Positions 26,222-39,875 of a DNA stretch of 64,000 nucleotides are shown here, one piece after another. How positions within the stretch are numbered: position 1 is the stretch's first letter; each line of letters opens with the position of its first letter. Source of the stretch: Octopus sinensis (taxonomy: Eukaryota); NCBI RefSeq assembly GCF_006345805.1, contig NC_042997.1, positions 137,578,001-137,642,000 on the forward strand, written 5' to 3'. The translations under genes were made by a program, and so were the position numbers. The notes below the pieces were generated by a model that was not told the DNA's origin, made no database searches, and saw only the letters and a list, made by a program, of their open reading frames with translations.

Positions 26222-26280
<59 letters not shown>

Positions 26281-26310
26281 GTATATGTATGTATGTGTAT
26301 GCATATATAT
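25437..26310. repeat. ~870-bp compound (TA)n/(TATG)n microsatellite with an embedded 3' stub of SINE family C (25745-25815)
   Basis: Directly visible; source of all the YIYIYI ORFs. Confidence 0.95.
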
Positions 26311-28307
26311 TGTGGTACATATCTATACTTTACTGAAGGCTTGGTGTTCAAATTTAAGGATGAATAAGTCTTCTAAGTAAAAGACCCAAAATTTAATTTA
26401 TGTCATAATATGCTGTGGAAGTTTGCAAAACTACGTCAGGCAGATGGATTATCACTACACAGAACATTGATGGTACATAAGCAACAGATAAATAATGAAA
26501 AAGAAAACAGGAAAATTCCATTAACTGGACATATAGAAACATGTGCTGGAATGAAATCACCAAAATTTTTTTAATATTTCCATATTACAAATGCTCGGAC
26601 TCAACCACAGAAAAACAAAGAAAGACAGTTTATTATGAAATATAAACCTTGCTTGAATGGTTGATACATAATTTCTTTGACTTAAGGGTAATTAAGATAC
26701 ACATGCATGAGTGCACACTTATATTCGCATACTGTTTGGATATGTACAATATATTATTAACTGATGCATGTGTGTGTGTGCAAGTAAATGTGCACTTTGT
26801 ATATCTTATAAAGACTAATATTTATTAGCAGCAGAGTCAGTATTAATACCAAGAGGTAATATTTATCCTCACTTAAATATTGATGTTCTCTTAGAACAAA
26901 CTCATAATATAAGGAAGAAAATACTTCTACACAGAAAAATGTATACAGAATCACCTATGAGAATTGATCAACATGTCTGGAAATTTCCAGACAGCTGCAA
27001 CAGCCAATACACCAAAGGTAACTCTGACTTTTTTCAGTTGTTTAAATTAGAAGCTTTATTTATACAAGGAAAAAAGTGAGGAAAAATGTTTTGGTTTTTG
27101 GGAATCCCCTATGGGAATTTATGGACAGTTTTTCTGATTAGTGGACAGCCGTGATAACCTCAATACCAAACAAATGCTGACTATTTTCAGCTGAGTTTGA
27201 AGGTTTATTTGTGAAAATGAAAAAGTAAGTAAATTTGTTTTGGTTCCTTTGAAGCATTGAGAAATTTGAAGGATCTTTCAAACAAGATATACCAACCATA
27301 CCACTTTCTTTAATAGTAAAGAGAAATAGACATCATACACTTCATTGAACTGTTCCTAGTAACTCAGAGAGAACAGCATCAACTACACTATTAGTTTGAG
27401 AATTAGAGGAAAAAAGCAAAATTTATGTCTCTGGATAACAAAGATGCAGTTTGTGCACTGCAGAGAGGGCTATTGTATTAAGATTTTGAAACCATAACTC
27501 TATGGTTTGTTATGTACATGACCATTTTCTTTCTTTCCCTGTCTACACCCCTATTTCTATATCTCTGCCTCTACATATATATATATCTCTTAATGTCTAC
27601 ATTTTCCTCTACATGCTCTCTACCTATGTATGTATATCTCTCTATCTCTCATTATCTATTTGAGTTTCTCCCTATCTATGGTTTTCTCTTAATGTGTTTC
27701 TTATTCCCTACTAGGTCTTTACCTGTTGCAACACTGCTGTTAAATAAATTTGCTAATCATGCATATACCTTCTTTTAATAGTAGATTGCTATATAGTGAA
27801 AGTCTTGTTAGTTACAATGGTAACAACAGTCTCTCTCTCTCTCTCTCTCTTACTATATTTTTCTCTCAACAACAATTTTTTCTCTTCCCCTTCTAAAAAT
27901 GCATTGTGATGTATAATTTGATTTCTCCCCTTCTTTCCCTTCCTCTAATAAATGTTGTGATGGACAAACAGATATCCACTTCTCTTTTATAATATAAGAT
28001 TTCTCTCTATTACACTTTGATTTTTTTCTTTCTAATGTTTTTTTTTACCTATTATCTCTGTCTCTTATCCTCTCTCTTTCTCCTCTTTCTCTAGGGAATG
28101 GAGAAAGGACGGTAACTGTAAGGCAAAGTGGCCAGATTTTTTTGGTTGGAATATTAAAATTAGAATTGAATTTAAAAACATTGCTGCATTATGTATCACA
28201 TTAAATGCCATACAAGCTTTCTCTATGAGGTTAATGATAATATATATGGTTTCGTGGGTGTTCATTTTGTATTTTCTGAACAGAATATGGAGAGAGAAAG
28301 AGAGTGA

Positions 28308-28319
28308 GAGTGAGAGAGA

Positions 28320-28389
<70 letters not shown>
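28308..28389. repeat. (AG)n microsatellite
   Basis: Directly visible. Confidence 0.95.
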
Positions 28390-28392
<3 letters not shown>

Positions 28393-30189
28393 CTCAAGGT
28401 TTTATATATTGATTTGTTTGGTAAGTTTTGTTTGAAACAATAAATTTCCCCAGTCTTTCAACATTTCAAGACAGTCTTAGTTTTATCTTGTGGATGAAAC
28501 ACTTTAAATGCTGGTTGTTGCTGCCATTTTTATTGTAAGAAAGACTCATGGGAATGATGTGTAACTGTTTCTCATTGGCTGTTTAATTTTCCAACTTTGA
28601 TGTCAGTTTTTCTTGTTGCTAAATAATTTGTCAATGTTTGTTTCTAGACAGTAGTATCTCTCTTTGATGAGATTTGTGTTATATCTTGCTATTAATACAG
28701 GATCCATGATCATCTCCTATATTTCTAACACAAGCATCTGATAGTCTGTTTTTTTTTATACCGTATGACATAATATGTTGCTTTTTGTTATAGATGCATT
28801 GCTAGCCAGTATCATAGTTGCCTGTAGTAACATTTGTGGTGTATAACTATGAGATGATGTATATTGCACATTCTTGTTTTATATTAATTTTATTTTATGA
28901 TTTTTCCATATTTGACTTTTAGTTTTTCTCAGTACCATTCCAGATTATCCAATTATTTCTTAACCGGTTGTTATTATTTAGAACCAGGGCACCAACCTTT
29001 AATTGAACAGACCTTTAACCAAAGGTATAATGCATCTAGGGCATACATTATCCAATGTATCCTGCAAATTTTAAGACAGTAGGGTGTGATTTGAGAGAAA
29101 TTTAATTGCTATTTCTTGAGGTTATACAACAGCATACAAAACACTCTCATTTGCTTGTTCTTAACCTCCCACAATATCTTCTTCGTATCCTTGTATTTAA
29201 AAAAAAATTATTTTTACACTGTTAAGCCCAAACTTAGGAAAAATAATGAAGAAACTTTATTGCAAAGGAAGTGGTTTGAATACTAGTTCATCAAAAATGT
29301 TACCTGTCATGGAAAAGGAGAAATATTTATCTTTCATTCTCCCTACATATGTAATCAGAGCAGAGCATCCAAAGGTTTAGGCATCTTATTCAACAAACAA
29401 TAACTGTACAAATTAATGCAATTAGAATTGCATTAGGCTTATACACCCAAAAGCAACATTAAATAATAAGTAGGATTGATAAGGATTAATTAGGTATTAT
29501 AATTATATTTTAACTGGTATGTTATTTGTTTTTTCCAGTGTCGTGTTTTTCCATATACGCATCTCTCTTTTCTAGACTTAAACAAATGAACAGCTATTTT
29601 ACAGTTTCATATCTTTTATCCATGTTCCAGAAAAATGCTTAATCCTGAAAATATGATAATTCAGTAATATACCAATCAAAAGATACCCATCTGTCTACTT
29701 TGTGGAATCTTCTTATCCACCACTTTTCAGCCAGTGTGGCTCCATATGCAGTTCTCTTACAAAAAATCTTTCTCACTTGCTACCCACTTTGTATTCAACC
29801 ACACATTGTACTTAGTCAGCAAAACATTCCTTTACATTCCACCAATCTTGCCACCTCCTGTCACTCCAGACCAACAAAGCTATCAATTTTTACAGTATTG
29901 CTTGTATTACACTCAGACAATATACTCCAGACCTCAGAGCCATCCCCCATCTTCAGGATTATTATATTAATCTTTGGAAATATATTACAGTGAGTTTGAT
30001 CTCTCAGAAAAGAAATTTCTTTAACTCTTCCCACTATTAACTTTAATAACCATATTATCCAAGATCAATGCTTTGAGACAGTATTTATTCTCAGTACTCA
30101 TTAGTACAGCTTCCTTAATACCAGATCTAGCTGAAACCTATTCTCTAACACTCACTATTGGTCTTTCATCCTTGACAAATTCATAGAAA

Positions 30190-31030
30190 ATCATTGCTGC
30201 AATTGATATCAGAAAGGCCAATGAATGGGTAAGGCATGAAAATTTCCCAGCTAAATTATCTGCCTATGAATTAAGCTGACTTTAGTCTCTTGAATTAGAA
30301 GCTTTCTGTTAGGCTATACCATTACAGCTGGTGTAGATGGGGCTCTATCTAATCTGCACTCCAAAATCTGTTGTCCCCCAATGTACATTTCTTCCAATAC
30401 TTCAACAAACTATTTACCATCAATTCCCTTGGTGATGTTATCATTCAACACTCCTCCCTAACCTTCTGCATATAGAACGATTACGTCCTTTACACATAAT
30501 CCTGTCACTACATCCATGAATAGAAACTTCAAACATTCTCCAGTGGAGACAATCATTTTGTTTCTCCAACTGCACAAAGGCACAGACACTCAGCACAGAG
30601 ATCAAGTGAACAGTCTTCCACCTCATCTTAATTAACACAACCAAAACCCTCAAAGTCACTATAAATGCTACACTTCACAGTTACTTATGGTTTCCCTTTG
30701 TAATTTCATTTCATCACATAGTAAACAATGTAACATAAAGACTATCCTTTTTTTCAAAGCCAGAAAATATTTCAGCAGAAATGGCTACTAACTCTCTACA
30801 AAGCCCAAATGAAATTCACTATGGAATACTGTTCCCATCTGCAATGGCATATACTAAACACATACATTCTAGACTGTATCCAAAACACAACCAATTGATT
30901 GATTGGCAAGAACCATCTCAGCAATACACTCAATGCACTGTCTCCTCACTTTGTCCCTTCTATCACTACCACAACAATCTATTCTCCTCAAAACTTGTTA
31001 GTACTATGTCACCTCTATTCAAGTCTCTCC
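30190..31030 (+). mobile_element. CR1/Jockey-type LINE RT and C-terminal fragment, heavily decayed
   Basis: IAAIDIRKANEWVRHENFPAKLSAY resembles VALDISKAFDRVWH..LL.KL..Y; downstream CR1-like C-terminal residues. Confidence 0.55.
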
Positions 31031-31330
31031 TCTGATTATTTAGTGTCTCCCTTTCCATTTCTTGCATTAATTCCTAATCCCATTCTTTGTTCTCCAGGGT
31101 GCTAACTTTCTAGAATTCCCTACAGTTTTCTTTCAGCCATTAATTTGAAGCTTTTTAAATTGAACATAAATCACTCAAATCTGACCAGTCATAGAAAGGC
31201 CTAAGAAGATCATGGGTACTGTGCCTTCTTCCTAACCCAAAATATATATATGGAAAATCACATGTCAATCAGATTCCACTGCTATGTTAGTAGTTGTCTC
31301 ACTTTTCATTAGATTATCAGAAACTCTTCT

Positions 31331-31734
31331 AAGGCGGCGAGCTGGCAGAAACGTTAGCACACCGGGCGAAATGCGTAGCCGTATTTTGTCTGCCACTATG
31401 TTCTGAGTTCAAATTCTACCGAGGTCGACTTTGTCTTTCATCCTTTCAGGTTCGATAAATTATGTACCAGTTACGCATTGGGGTCGATGTAATCGACTTA
31501 ATCCGTTTGTCTGTCCTTGTTCATCACCTCTGTGTTTAGCCCCTTGTGGCTAGTAAAGAAATAGGTATTTCATCTGTCTTTACGTTCTGAGTTCAAATTC
31601 CGCCAAGGTTGACTTTGCCTTTCATCCTTTCAGGGTCAATAAATTAAGTACCATTTGCTTACTGGGGTCAATCTAATTGACTGGCTCCCTCCGCCAAAAT
31701 TTTAGGCCTTGTGCTGTGAGTAGAAAAGATTATT
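31331..31734 (+). mobile_element. Composite (dimeric) SINE family A
   Basis: Internal repeat of ttctgagttcaaatt…actggggtc; 12-bp TSD agaaactcttct (31319-31330 and 31735-31746); CpGs retained. Confidence 0.9.
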
Positions 31735-33990
31735 AGAAACTCTTCTGACTGGAGATAGTTAACTGATAGATTTGCTTTCTAAAATCTAGATGTTAACAAT
31801 CTGTATTCTAAACAATTTTCACATTTTCTAATGATTCTGGCTGCTATAGTATCATTTTTCCAAACACTTAACAGCCATTTTACTGTGATTGTAATGCAAT
31901 CAATTTTTCTATAGATGGATGTGGAAGTGCCATTATCTATGGATTAAATTTCACAACTGGTTCAATGGCAATTTTCTGTCTTTTATTTTTTCTATCACTT
32001 AGATTGAATTTCAGTTTTATTTGTTTTTCTTGTTTTACTATTTAGATTTTCGTTTTTCTTTTTTATTTTCCTAAATTATGTTTAACAACGGCTTATTTTA
32101 CTTGACTATCAGCTACAGTTCAAAGCCTATGTAACACTATATTGTCATTATATTAATTATCATCATTATCATCTTCTTCACTATCCCGCCTTCTACAGTG
32201 TCTACTGCTACAGGTGTTTATATATATATATATCTGTTTGAGCAGTGAGATTTGCCATCTCCTTCAGTAATGTCTAGAAATACAATTTATATTGGTGTTG
32301 TTGCTAAGTCCTAGATCATAAATCAAAAAATTTTGTTTTGTACATCTAGGCAAGCATTATCTAATAATGTGGGCCTTCTTAATAAAAATAGTAGGGAGTG
32401 AGTTGAGGAAAATTTGGCTATCAAGTGACTGTATAGAGATTAATACAGTCACTTGTATGCAAAGTAAGTGAATGTATAGACTTCCATTTATGACTTGTCT
32501 GGATCTGGGAACAATTGTACTGCTGTGTGTATACATTTGAGAGACGAATGTTGTATCTGGTGTGTTTTGATGTTGCAGATCAAAATTTACTTTCAAAAGT
32601 TTTTCCACTTTCCTCAATTGTAACAGTTACAAACATAAAGGTTGTGACCTAGATGGGGTTGTAGTATAATTCTGAAGCAGTCCTAAAGATAATATCTTTT
32701 TATCTTTTACTTGTTTCAGTCATTGGACCTTAGCTATGCTGGGGCACCAACTTGAAGGGCTTAGTGAAACAAATCAACTGTAATCAAAGGCTTTCTAGCT
32801 GTGGTCATCTGTTTTTCTTTTCTTTCTTTGTCTGATAACATTATCCAGTACTCCCATCCATTTTAGTGTAATACGAAAGAAATTTGGTCGCTATTCAGCA
32901 GATCAAGTGGCCATGTAAAGGTTCCTAATATGTGGTAGGTCGAGTGTTCTTTACTATTTATACTTTTCGGAATAAATCTTTTGTGATTATGTTATGAAGA
33001 AGGGACAAAAACTATTTGTAGCTTATGAGATGTTTTTTTTATTATTTAGCCTCTTGAACAGTCCCAGTCAAGCAAACCTATAATCAAAGGAGTTTCACTT
33101 GTACTAATTCATATTTATTTTCAGTACCACATTATCCAGTGTCTTTCCCTTTTAAATATAATAGTATATATAATTTGGGAGATATATCACTGTTATTTGT
33201 TGCAGGCTGGTTGACCACATAGAGACATAGAGTCTCTCTGACTGTCTCTCTTAGAAGCTCTCCTAGTGGTAAATAGAACCAAAGAAATAATGTAAAATAT
33301 TTTACATTGAGGGAGAAGGGTAGTACTCATAGCTTCTGAGCCTCTTAGGCTCTAATATGTTGGTCAGTATAATGTAGTTGGTTTCTCAAGGCTGATATAT
33401 GTTCAGAAAATACAAGCAATGAGGTAGGTCCAGAGTACTAGAATAAAGGTTTTAGCAAAGTGTTTAATTGCAGAATTTTGGGGTCAGGTCATGGTAAGCA
33501 TGAGAGAGGTAAAAAGTAAGATAGGTGTGGTACATGGTTTACTAATTGAGAGGTTAGAAATGACAAAGAGAAGATAAGATGCACCACAGCAGTAGACTTG
33601 TGGTCAGTAAAAGTGTGTCAATCAGTTAGATGGCCTTCTTTAAATGCACTGTAAAATGTTTGTGTCTTGTAAGGGTCATCAGCTGTTTCAAACTGAAGTA
33701 TTTTCTGGTTTTGAATGAAAAATAATGTTAGGGATGTAGCAAAAAGAAACAAACTCAAGGAAACTAGCGATGATTTGCATCAACAAAAATCAGTTGATAG
33801 AATTTGTAAAATAAGGTATGCGCTATGGGGAGAGGTAAGGTCTGACGTTTCAAGGTCCAATTTGAAGAAGCAGTCTTGGCCATGTTATAGATGCTGGTTA
33901 CTAACATACATTATGTAGTAAATTAGAAAATTGAATGAATTAAAACACCTCTAAAATTACACCAACTTTCTAAATGACTAATTCCTATGA

Positions 33991-34024
<34 letters not shown>

Positions 34025-34281
34025 TTATATATATATATATAGCAAAAGGTCACAATGCTATAGCTTTACTATTAAGTTTTTATGCAATAGGTGTCTGGAT
34101 ATTTTTCTCATTCATGTTATAGTTATGTTGTTGTCACTATGAAATGCTGTTAGAGATCATTAAACATAACATTTGTATCCAATTTAAGGATTTTAATTAT
34201 GTGTTGATCATGTGTAGAGTGTAATGCTGTAAAGCTTCTTTGATATGAGTAGTGTCTGTGTTGGTGTGTTGTTGAATGAGA

Positions 34282-34830
34282 TTAGGTTGACACAAACCCA
34301 TCAGAGGATGTTTTCAAAGCTTTTTTTCTAAGACAAATGATTAATGTGTCTAGGTTGTGTGAAGCATGATATGATACCTGTGCAGGATATGTTTGAGAGA
34401 AGTGTGGTATCATCTGAAAAGGAGTATGTTTGTTGTCACAGGTGGCAGTGAGAAGGTTAATGATGTGCAGAAGGGATGGTGTGGAAGACATAAACTCTGA
34501 GAAATACCTGATTTCACAGAATGGAGATTGGAGAAATCCCATATTGGCACATGCTGCAAAGAAGCAGTCTTCACTGCAATCTTCCAAATGAAAATGCACC
34601 ATGTAGCTTTCACTGCTTTCTTCATTCTAATCAAAATCTCTCTCACTACTATTTCCTACATCACCACTATCGTTGAAACTATCACTGTCACTATTACCAT
34701 TGAAATCATTAATACAAATACTAAAACCATACACAATCATTATTGTCTTTGTCCTCATAAATACAATGACTATCATTATTATCACCATAATTAGCTGCAT
34801 CTTTCTCATAAACATCCCCTTCACATTGAT
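34282..34830 (-). mobile_element. Possible internally deleted piggyBac transposase relic
   Basis: Acidic stretch NSDSDSFNDSGDVGNSSERDFD followed by KKAVKATWCIFIWKIAVKTASL, weakly resembling the PGBD motif RKxVKWxKKxFFHLLxIAVxNA; no TTAA ends found. Confidence 0.3.
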
Positions 34831-36230
34831 AATGATTATATCTGTGAGATTCTATGAAATTATAAACCATGTAATAAAAGCACTTTCACACTAGAGATAC
34901 GGCAAACAATAATTTTGCTGCTATTTTACTTGGAGTACATTGGAGAAATTTAATTTCTTCTTCCAGATATATTTTCTTGTTCTTTCAATTTATCTGGACA
35001 GTTCAACCAGTTTACAACTGAATGAAATGTGTTTCTTTGCACATCAGAATTGGTTTAAGCATGAATCAATTGAATAGGATGGAATAAATACTATAGAGGG
35101 GAATAAATGAGGTGTATTTTAATTTGAGAAATAGAGTAGGTATGATATTAACTATATTAAATGAATTAAGCGCTAGAATGGCTTAGTTAGGCAATATAGT
35201 TAGATAAAACAAAAAGAATCATGTATTTGGACAAGAAAGAAAGAGTGGGAAGGAGGAAAGAGGGAAAATAAAACTTAATAAAGACATTGAATTTACATTT
35301 TCTTGTATTTTGTATTTTACAATGGTGGACTTGCATTGTTGTTAAAGTGTTAAAGTGCTGCTTTAGCTCACATGATCACATATTGAAGCTTTATTATAAT
35401 AATCAATGTGTGTGTGTGTGTGTGTGTGTGTATTTTACTTGCCTCAATAAACCTACTTGGAAAATAGATATAATGCATATCATAATTCAATATTTAGTGT
35501 TAAGTTCATAGAAATACCTAAATTTCATCTAGCCAGCTCATGTTGGTCTAAGCCAGTGGTTCCCAAACTGTGTGCTGTGGTGCACTGGTGCACTGCAAGA
35601 TGTAACTAGGTGAGCCTTGAAAACAAAAGATTATATTTCAAAATATGAAAAATACAGACCAAAATTCACTAGTAAGTTAATATGTAAATGTCAAATTGGC
35701 AAAAAAAATTAAACACTAATTTCACAACTAAGAATGAGAGGTGGTTTTGTCATTCAATCTATTTAGGCTAATTATGATATGACACTGTTATTTGATTTCG
35801 AATCTGAAATTTCGTAAGGGTAAGAACTAAATTAGCATCAATCTATCGTCAAAATTGACATCTTATGAACATATTCAGTGCACAACTATGTTTTAGTTTA
35901 TTTCAGTCGTAGCCTCAGCAGTTTTCATTTCAATAATAAATGTGAAAAATAAACTATTGAACTAAAATATATGATGTTGAACTAAATCCTTTAATACATC
36001 CTCCAGTATTGTGGCTGTATTTCAATTTTTTTCATTCATACAGTGGCGAGAATTTTCATCTTTTTGATTAATTTTGAAAGACTTCTCAAAAGTGTCTGAT
36101 AATATGTGACACACTGCCACTTTTCACAGCTCACTGGTCACTTGTTGCAGTCTCAGTTTGACTCTGTTAATCTGTGTAATCTATGGTCTTTGTGCAAGAC
36201 AATTCATATTAAGACTAAATTATCCATAAA

Positions 36231-38086
36231 ATGGAAAAGTTTATTTAGAGGAAACATAACTGTGGTGATTATGAATCTGAAAGTGAATGTTTGTCAAAAG
36301 CAACTAAGTGTTAGTGATAATAATGCGAAAGCTCAACCTAGTCGTAAATATTGCAATAGCTATTTAAAGTTTGAGTTTCATTGGACTGGCAACAAGGATA
36401 AACCTCTTCCACTGTGTGTTGTTTGTGGTAAAAGATGTCTAATGAAGGCATGTTGCCCAGCAAGTTGAAAAGACATTTTACAACTAAACACTCACATCTT
36501 CAATGTAAAGATCTGAATTATTTCCAAAGACTGCTAGAACAGCAATCTATACAAAGTAATTATTTTGAAAAAAGGATGAATGCTTCGGAAAAGGCTCAAG
36601 TAGCATCTATTGAGATAGCTAAAATGATTGCATACAAATGAAATCGCATACTTTAGCTGAGTTGATTATCTTACCCTCTTGAAGAAAGATGGCTAAAACC
36701 ATCTTAGATGATGAAGCCGAGCAAGAAATAAGCAAGATTCTGCTCTCAAATAATACAATCCATAGGCAAATTATGGATTTATCTGCTGATATAGAGGAAA
36801 ATGTACAGAACAAATTTCAGGACTCAGAATTTGCTCTACAGGTTGGTGAATCAACTGACATTAGCAACAAAGCACAATTACTTACATTTATTTGCTTTTG
36901 TGATGGTAACCAAATCATAAATCAGTTCTGTTGTTGCGAAGAAATACCACTTACTACAAGAGGTCAAGATATTTTTGACATTTTATCTGCCTGCCTTGTA
37001 AAATGGAATTTATCCTGGAATTCATGTGTTGGAATATGTACCTATGGGGCACCATCTATGATAAGCTCTATTAAAGGTTTTGTATTGCTCGTACAACAGC
37101 AAAATCCTAATGTTATATGTACTCATTGCTTCCTACATAGGGAGGTACTAGTTTCAAAAACAATACCAGTTGAGTCAAAGCAAGTATTATACCAAGTTGT
37201 TGAAATGGTTAATTATATTCAAAGTCAGCCATTGAAGTAGTGTTTATTTGAACAAATTTGTGTTGATATGGATTCCCAGCACAAGCACTTACTTTTACAC
37301 ACAAAAGTCAGATAGCTCTCAAAAGGTAAGGTGCTTTGTTGCATATATGAACTCCAGAAGGAATTACATACATTTTTAAAGAAAAACATGAACGCTTCTT
37401 AGAATATTTACAATGTGAATTTTGGGGTTCCAAGTTGGAATATTTAACAGAGATATTTGCACAAATTAATAGTGTCAACACAAGTATGCAAGGTAGAGAT
37501 GAAAACATTCTCACTTTGACAGATAAGCTGGTTTCATTTAAAAAGGAAGTTGTAATTCGCAAAAAAAAATAGAGTTGAAGGTGGTAACTTGGAAATGTTT
37601 CCCTAATACGTAAAAGCTGCATAAAAAAATGACTCCTATTGTATTTGAACATTTGACAATTCTGGAAGGAAAAAATAAACTTTTATTTTCCGTCATTGAA
37701 CACAGAAGTGTACGATTGGGTTCAGATTCCCTTCATAAAAATTCCATCTAATATTGATCTGAAAATATGTGAAGAAGAAGAATTGGCATTTATGCCCAGT
37801 GATCACAAACTTAAAATCAAATATACTGAGTTACCTATTGATACATTTTGGAATACTATTATTGGAGAATACCCCATCAATAGTAAAAAAAAAAAGCTCT
37901 ATCTGTCTTGATGCAGTTTTCCACATTGTATTTATGTGAGTTGGGATTTTCAATCCTCAATAACATCAAATCCAAAAAAGAGAGAAGCTCTGTTGCATCA
38001 AAGAAAAATTGAGGATTTGTCTTTCTCAAATACGTTCTAATATTGAAAACATTTCCAAAAAACATCAAGCACATGTTTCTCATTGA
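36231..38086 (+). pseudogene. hAT (Buster-type) transposase pseudogene
   Basis: RKYCNSYLKFEF…PLCVVCGK..SNEGMLPSKLKRHFTTKH (BED-like), FALQVGESTDIS, CVGICTYGAPSM, THCFLHREVLVSK, C-terminal HQAHVSH*; many frameshifts and stops. Confidence 0.9.
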
Positions 38087-38231
38087 TAACTTTGCTTCAA
38101 ATATTGAATAAAGAGTGAGTACATGCAATTTTTCTGCATTTTTAATTATCTGTATATCACTTTATAGTTTATGTATAAAAGCCTTTTTGAATAAATTTTA
38201 GAATTTATGTACAAAGTGTGCCAAAATATTT

Positions 38232-38662
38232 TGACTTCTTGTAAGGTGTGCCGTAAGTAGTGGCTGTGTGGTAAGTAGCTTGCTTACGAACCGCATGGTT
38301 CTGGGTTCAGTCCCACTGCATGGCATCTTGGGTAAGTGTGTTCTACTATAGCTTCGGGTTGACCAAAGCCTTGTGAGTGGATTTGGTAGACGGAAACTGA
38401 AAGAAGCCTGTTGTATATATGTATATATATATATGTATGTGTGTGTATATGTTTGTGTGTCAGTGTTTGTCCCCCCCAACATCGCCTGACAACCAATGCT
38501 GGTGTGTTTACGTCCCCGTAACTTAGCGGTACGGCAAAAGATACTGATAGAATACGTACTAGGCTTACAAAGAATAAGTCCTGGGGTTGACTTGCTCGAC
38601 CAAAGGTTTTGCTCCAGCATGGCCACGGTCAAATGACTGAAACAAGTAAAGAGTAAAAGAGT
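38232..38662 (+). mobile_element. SINE family B, full length
   Basis: tRNA-like head, central microsatellite, (gagtaaa)n tail. Confidence 0.9.
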
Positions 38663-38999
38663 AACCACTGGTCTGAGCTAAATAACTAAATGTCTTTTCA
38701 GCCAGTGTGTATTTCTGGTTTTATGATATTCTCTAGATGAAATCTAAACAACCTAATTTGGATTAAATCTTAGTCTGTTACAAGTAACATTCCCAGATGA
38801 TCTACTATCAGCTCCTGAGAGCTAGGAGAACTATAGAATAAAGTTTATTGTCTGGAAAAACAATAAAATGCTACAACTAGATTTGAACTCCTGGCATAGT
38901 TATCAAATACCTTCTCTACTCAGTTATTTTATCATTATATATTAGAACGGTTGAATAAGTCAGTAAATTTAATCATTCACAAGTTTCATCCTTTTATTT

Positions 39000-39415
39000 T
39001 TTCCTTGTTTCAGCCATTAGATTGCGGTCATGCTGGGGCACCACCTTAAAGAATTTTTAACCGAGCATAACATCCCCAGCACTTATTTTTGAAAGTCTGG
39101 TACTTATTCTATCGGTCTGTTTTGCTGAACCGCTAAGTTATGAGGATGTAAACACACCAGCACTGGTTGTCAAGTGGTGGTGGGGGGATAAACACAAACA
39201 TAAAGACACACAGATTGATATATATTTATATATATGATGGGCTTCTTTCAATTTCCATCAACTAAATCCACTTCTTTCTACTAAATCCATTTCTTAGGCT
39301 TTTGTTGGCCTGAGGCTGTAGTGGAAGACACCTGCCCAAGGTGCTATGCAGTGGGACTGAACCGGGAACCATGTTATTGGGAAGCAAGCTTCTTACCACA
39401 CAGCCACACCTGTAC
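39000..39415 (-). mobile_element. SINE family B
   Basis: Reverse complement of 38232-38662. Confidence 0.8.
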
Positions 39416-39875
39416 CTAATTTCATAATACTTCTTATACCAATCATAATGACAAACGTTTTGATATAAGTAATTTTTACACACTATGTAGACTTAGGCAT
39501 GTAAAGCTTTACTCTGGCATAACCCTTTAGCATTTAAACCAACCATATCTGGCCTAAATATTCTACCTGTCTTTTGATCTGACCAACCAGTCCGGCTTCT
39601 CACAAAGCTATGAGATATTTTATATTTTTAAGTTGTTTCAATCAGTAGATTCTGCTCATGCTGGGGCACTGCCTTGAAGAATTTTAGTTGAATGAATTGA
39701 TCTCAGTACATTTAAAAAGTATATTTTAAGCCTGGTACTTACTCTGTCAGTCTCTTTTGCCAAATTGCTAAGTTATGAGGTTGTAAATACACTGACACCA
39801 GTTGTCAAGCGGTGGTGGGGGGACAGACACAAAGACACACGGACACACGTGTGTGTGTGTGTGTGTATATATATA

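Larger units (their letters stand above)
35554..38670 (+). mobile_element. hAT DNA transposon, Buster/Charlie (ZBED5-like) group, decayed, with a SINE inserted in the right terminus
   Basis: Left TIR cagtggttcccaaac and right end aaccactg; 8-bp TSD gtctaagc (35546-53) / gtctgagc (38671-78) with a central TA as in Buster elements. Confidence 0.9.

Noticed and set aside
25384-26367. Many long ORFs (YIYIY…, MYVCM…)
   Set aside because: Translations of (TA)n/(TATG)n microsatellite; the same applies to the ORFs at 1652-2077, 19131-19495, 28065-28443, 47373-47891 and 48471-48879.
32357-32617. 86-aa minus-strand ORF
   Set aside because: No recognisable domain or convincing splice sites; length is within chance.
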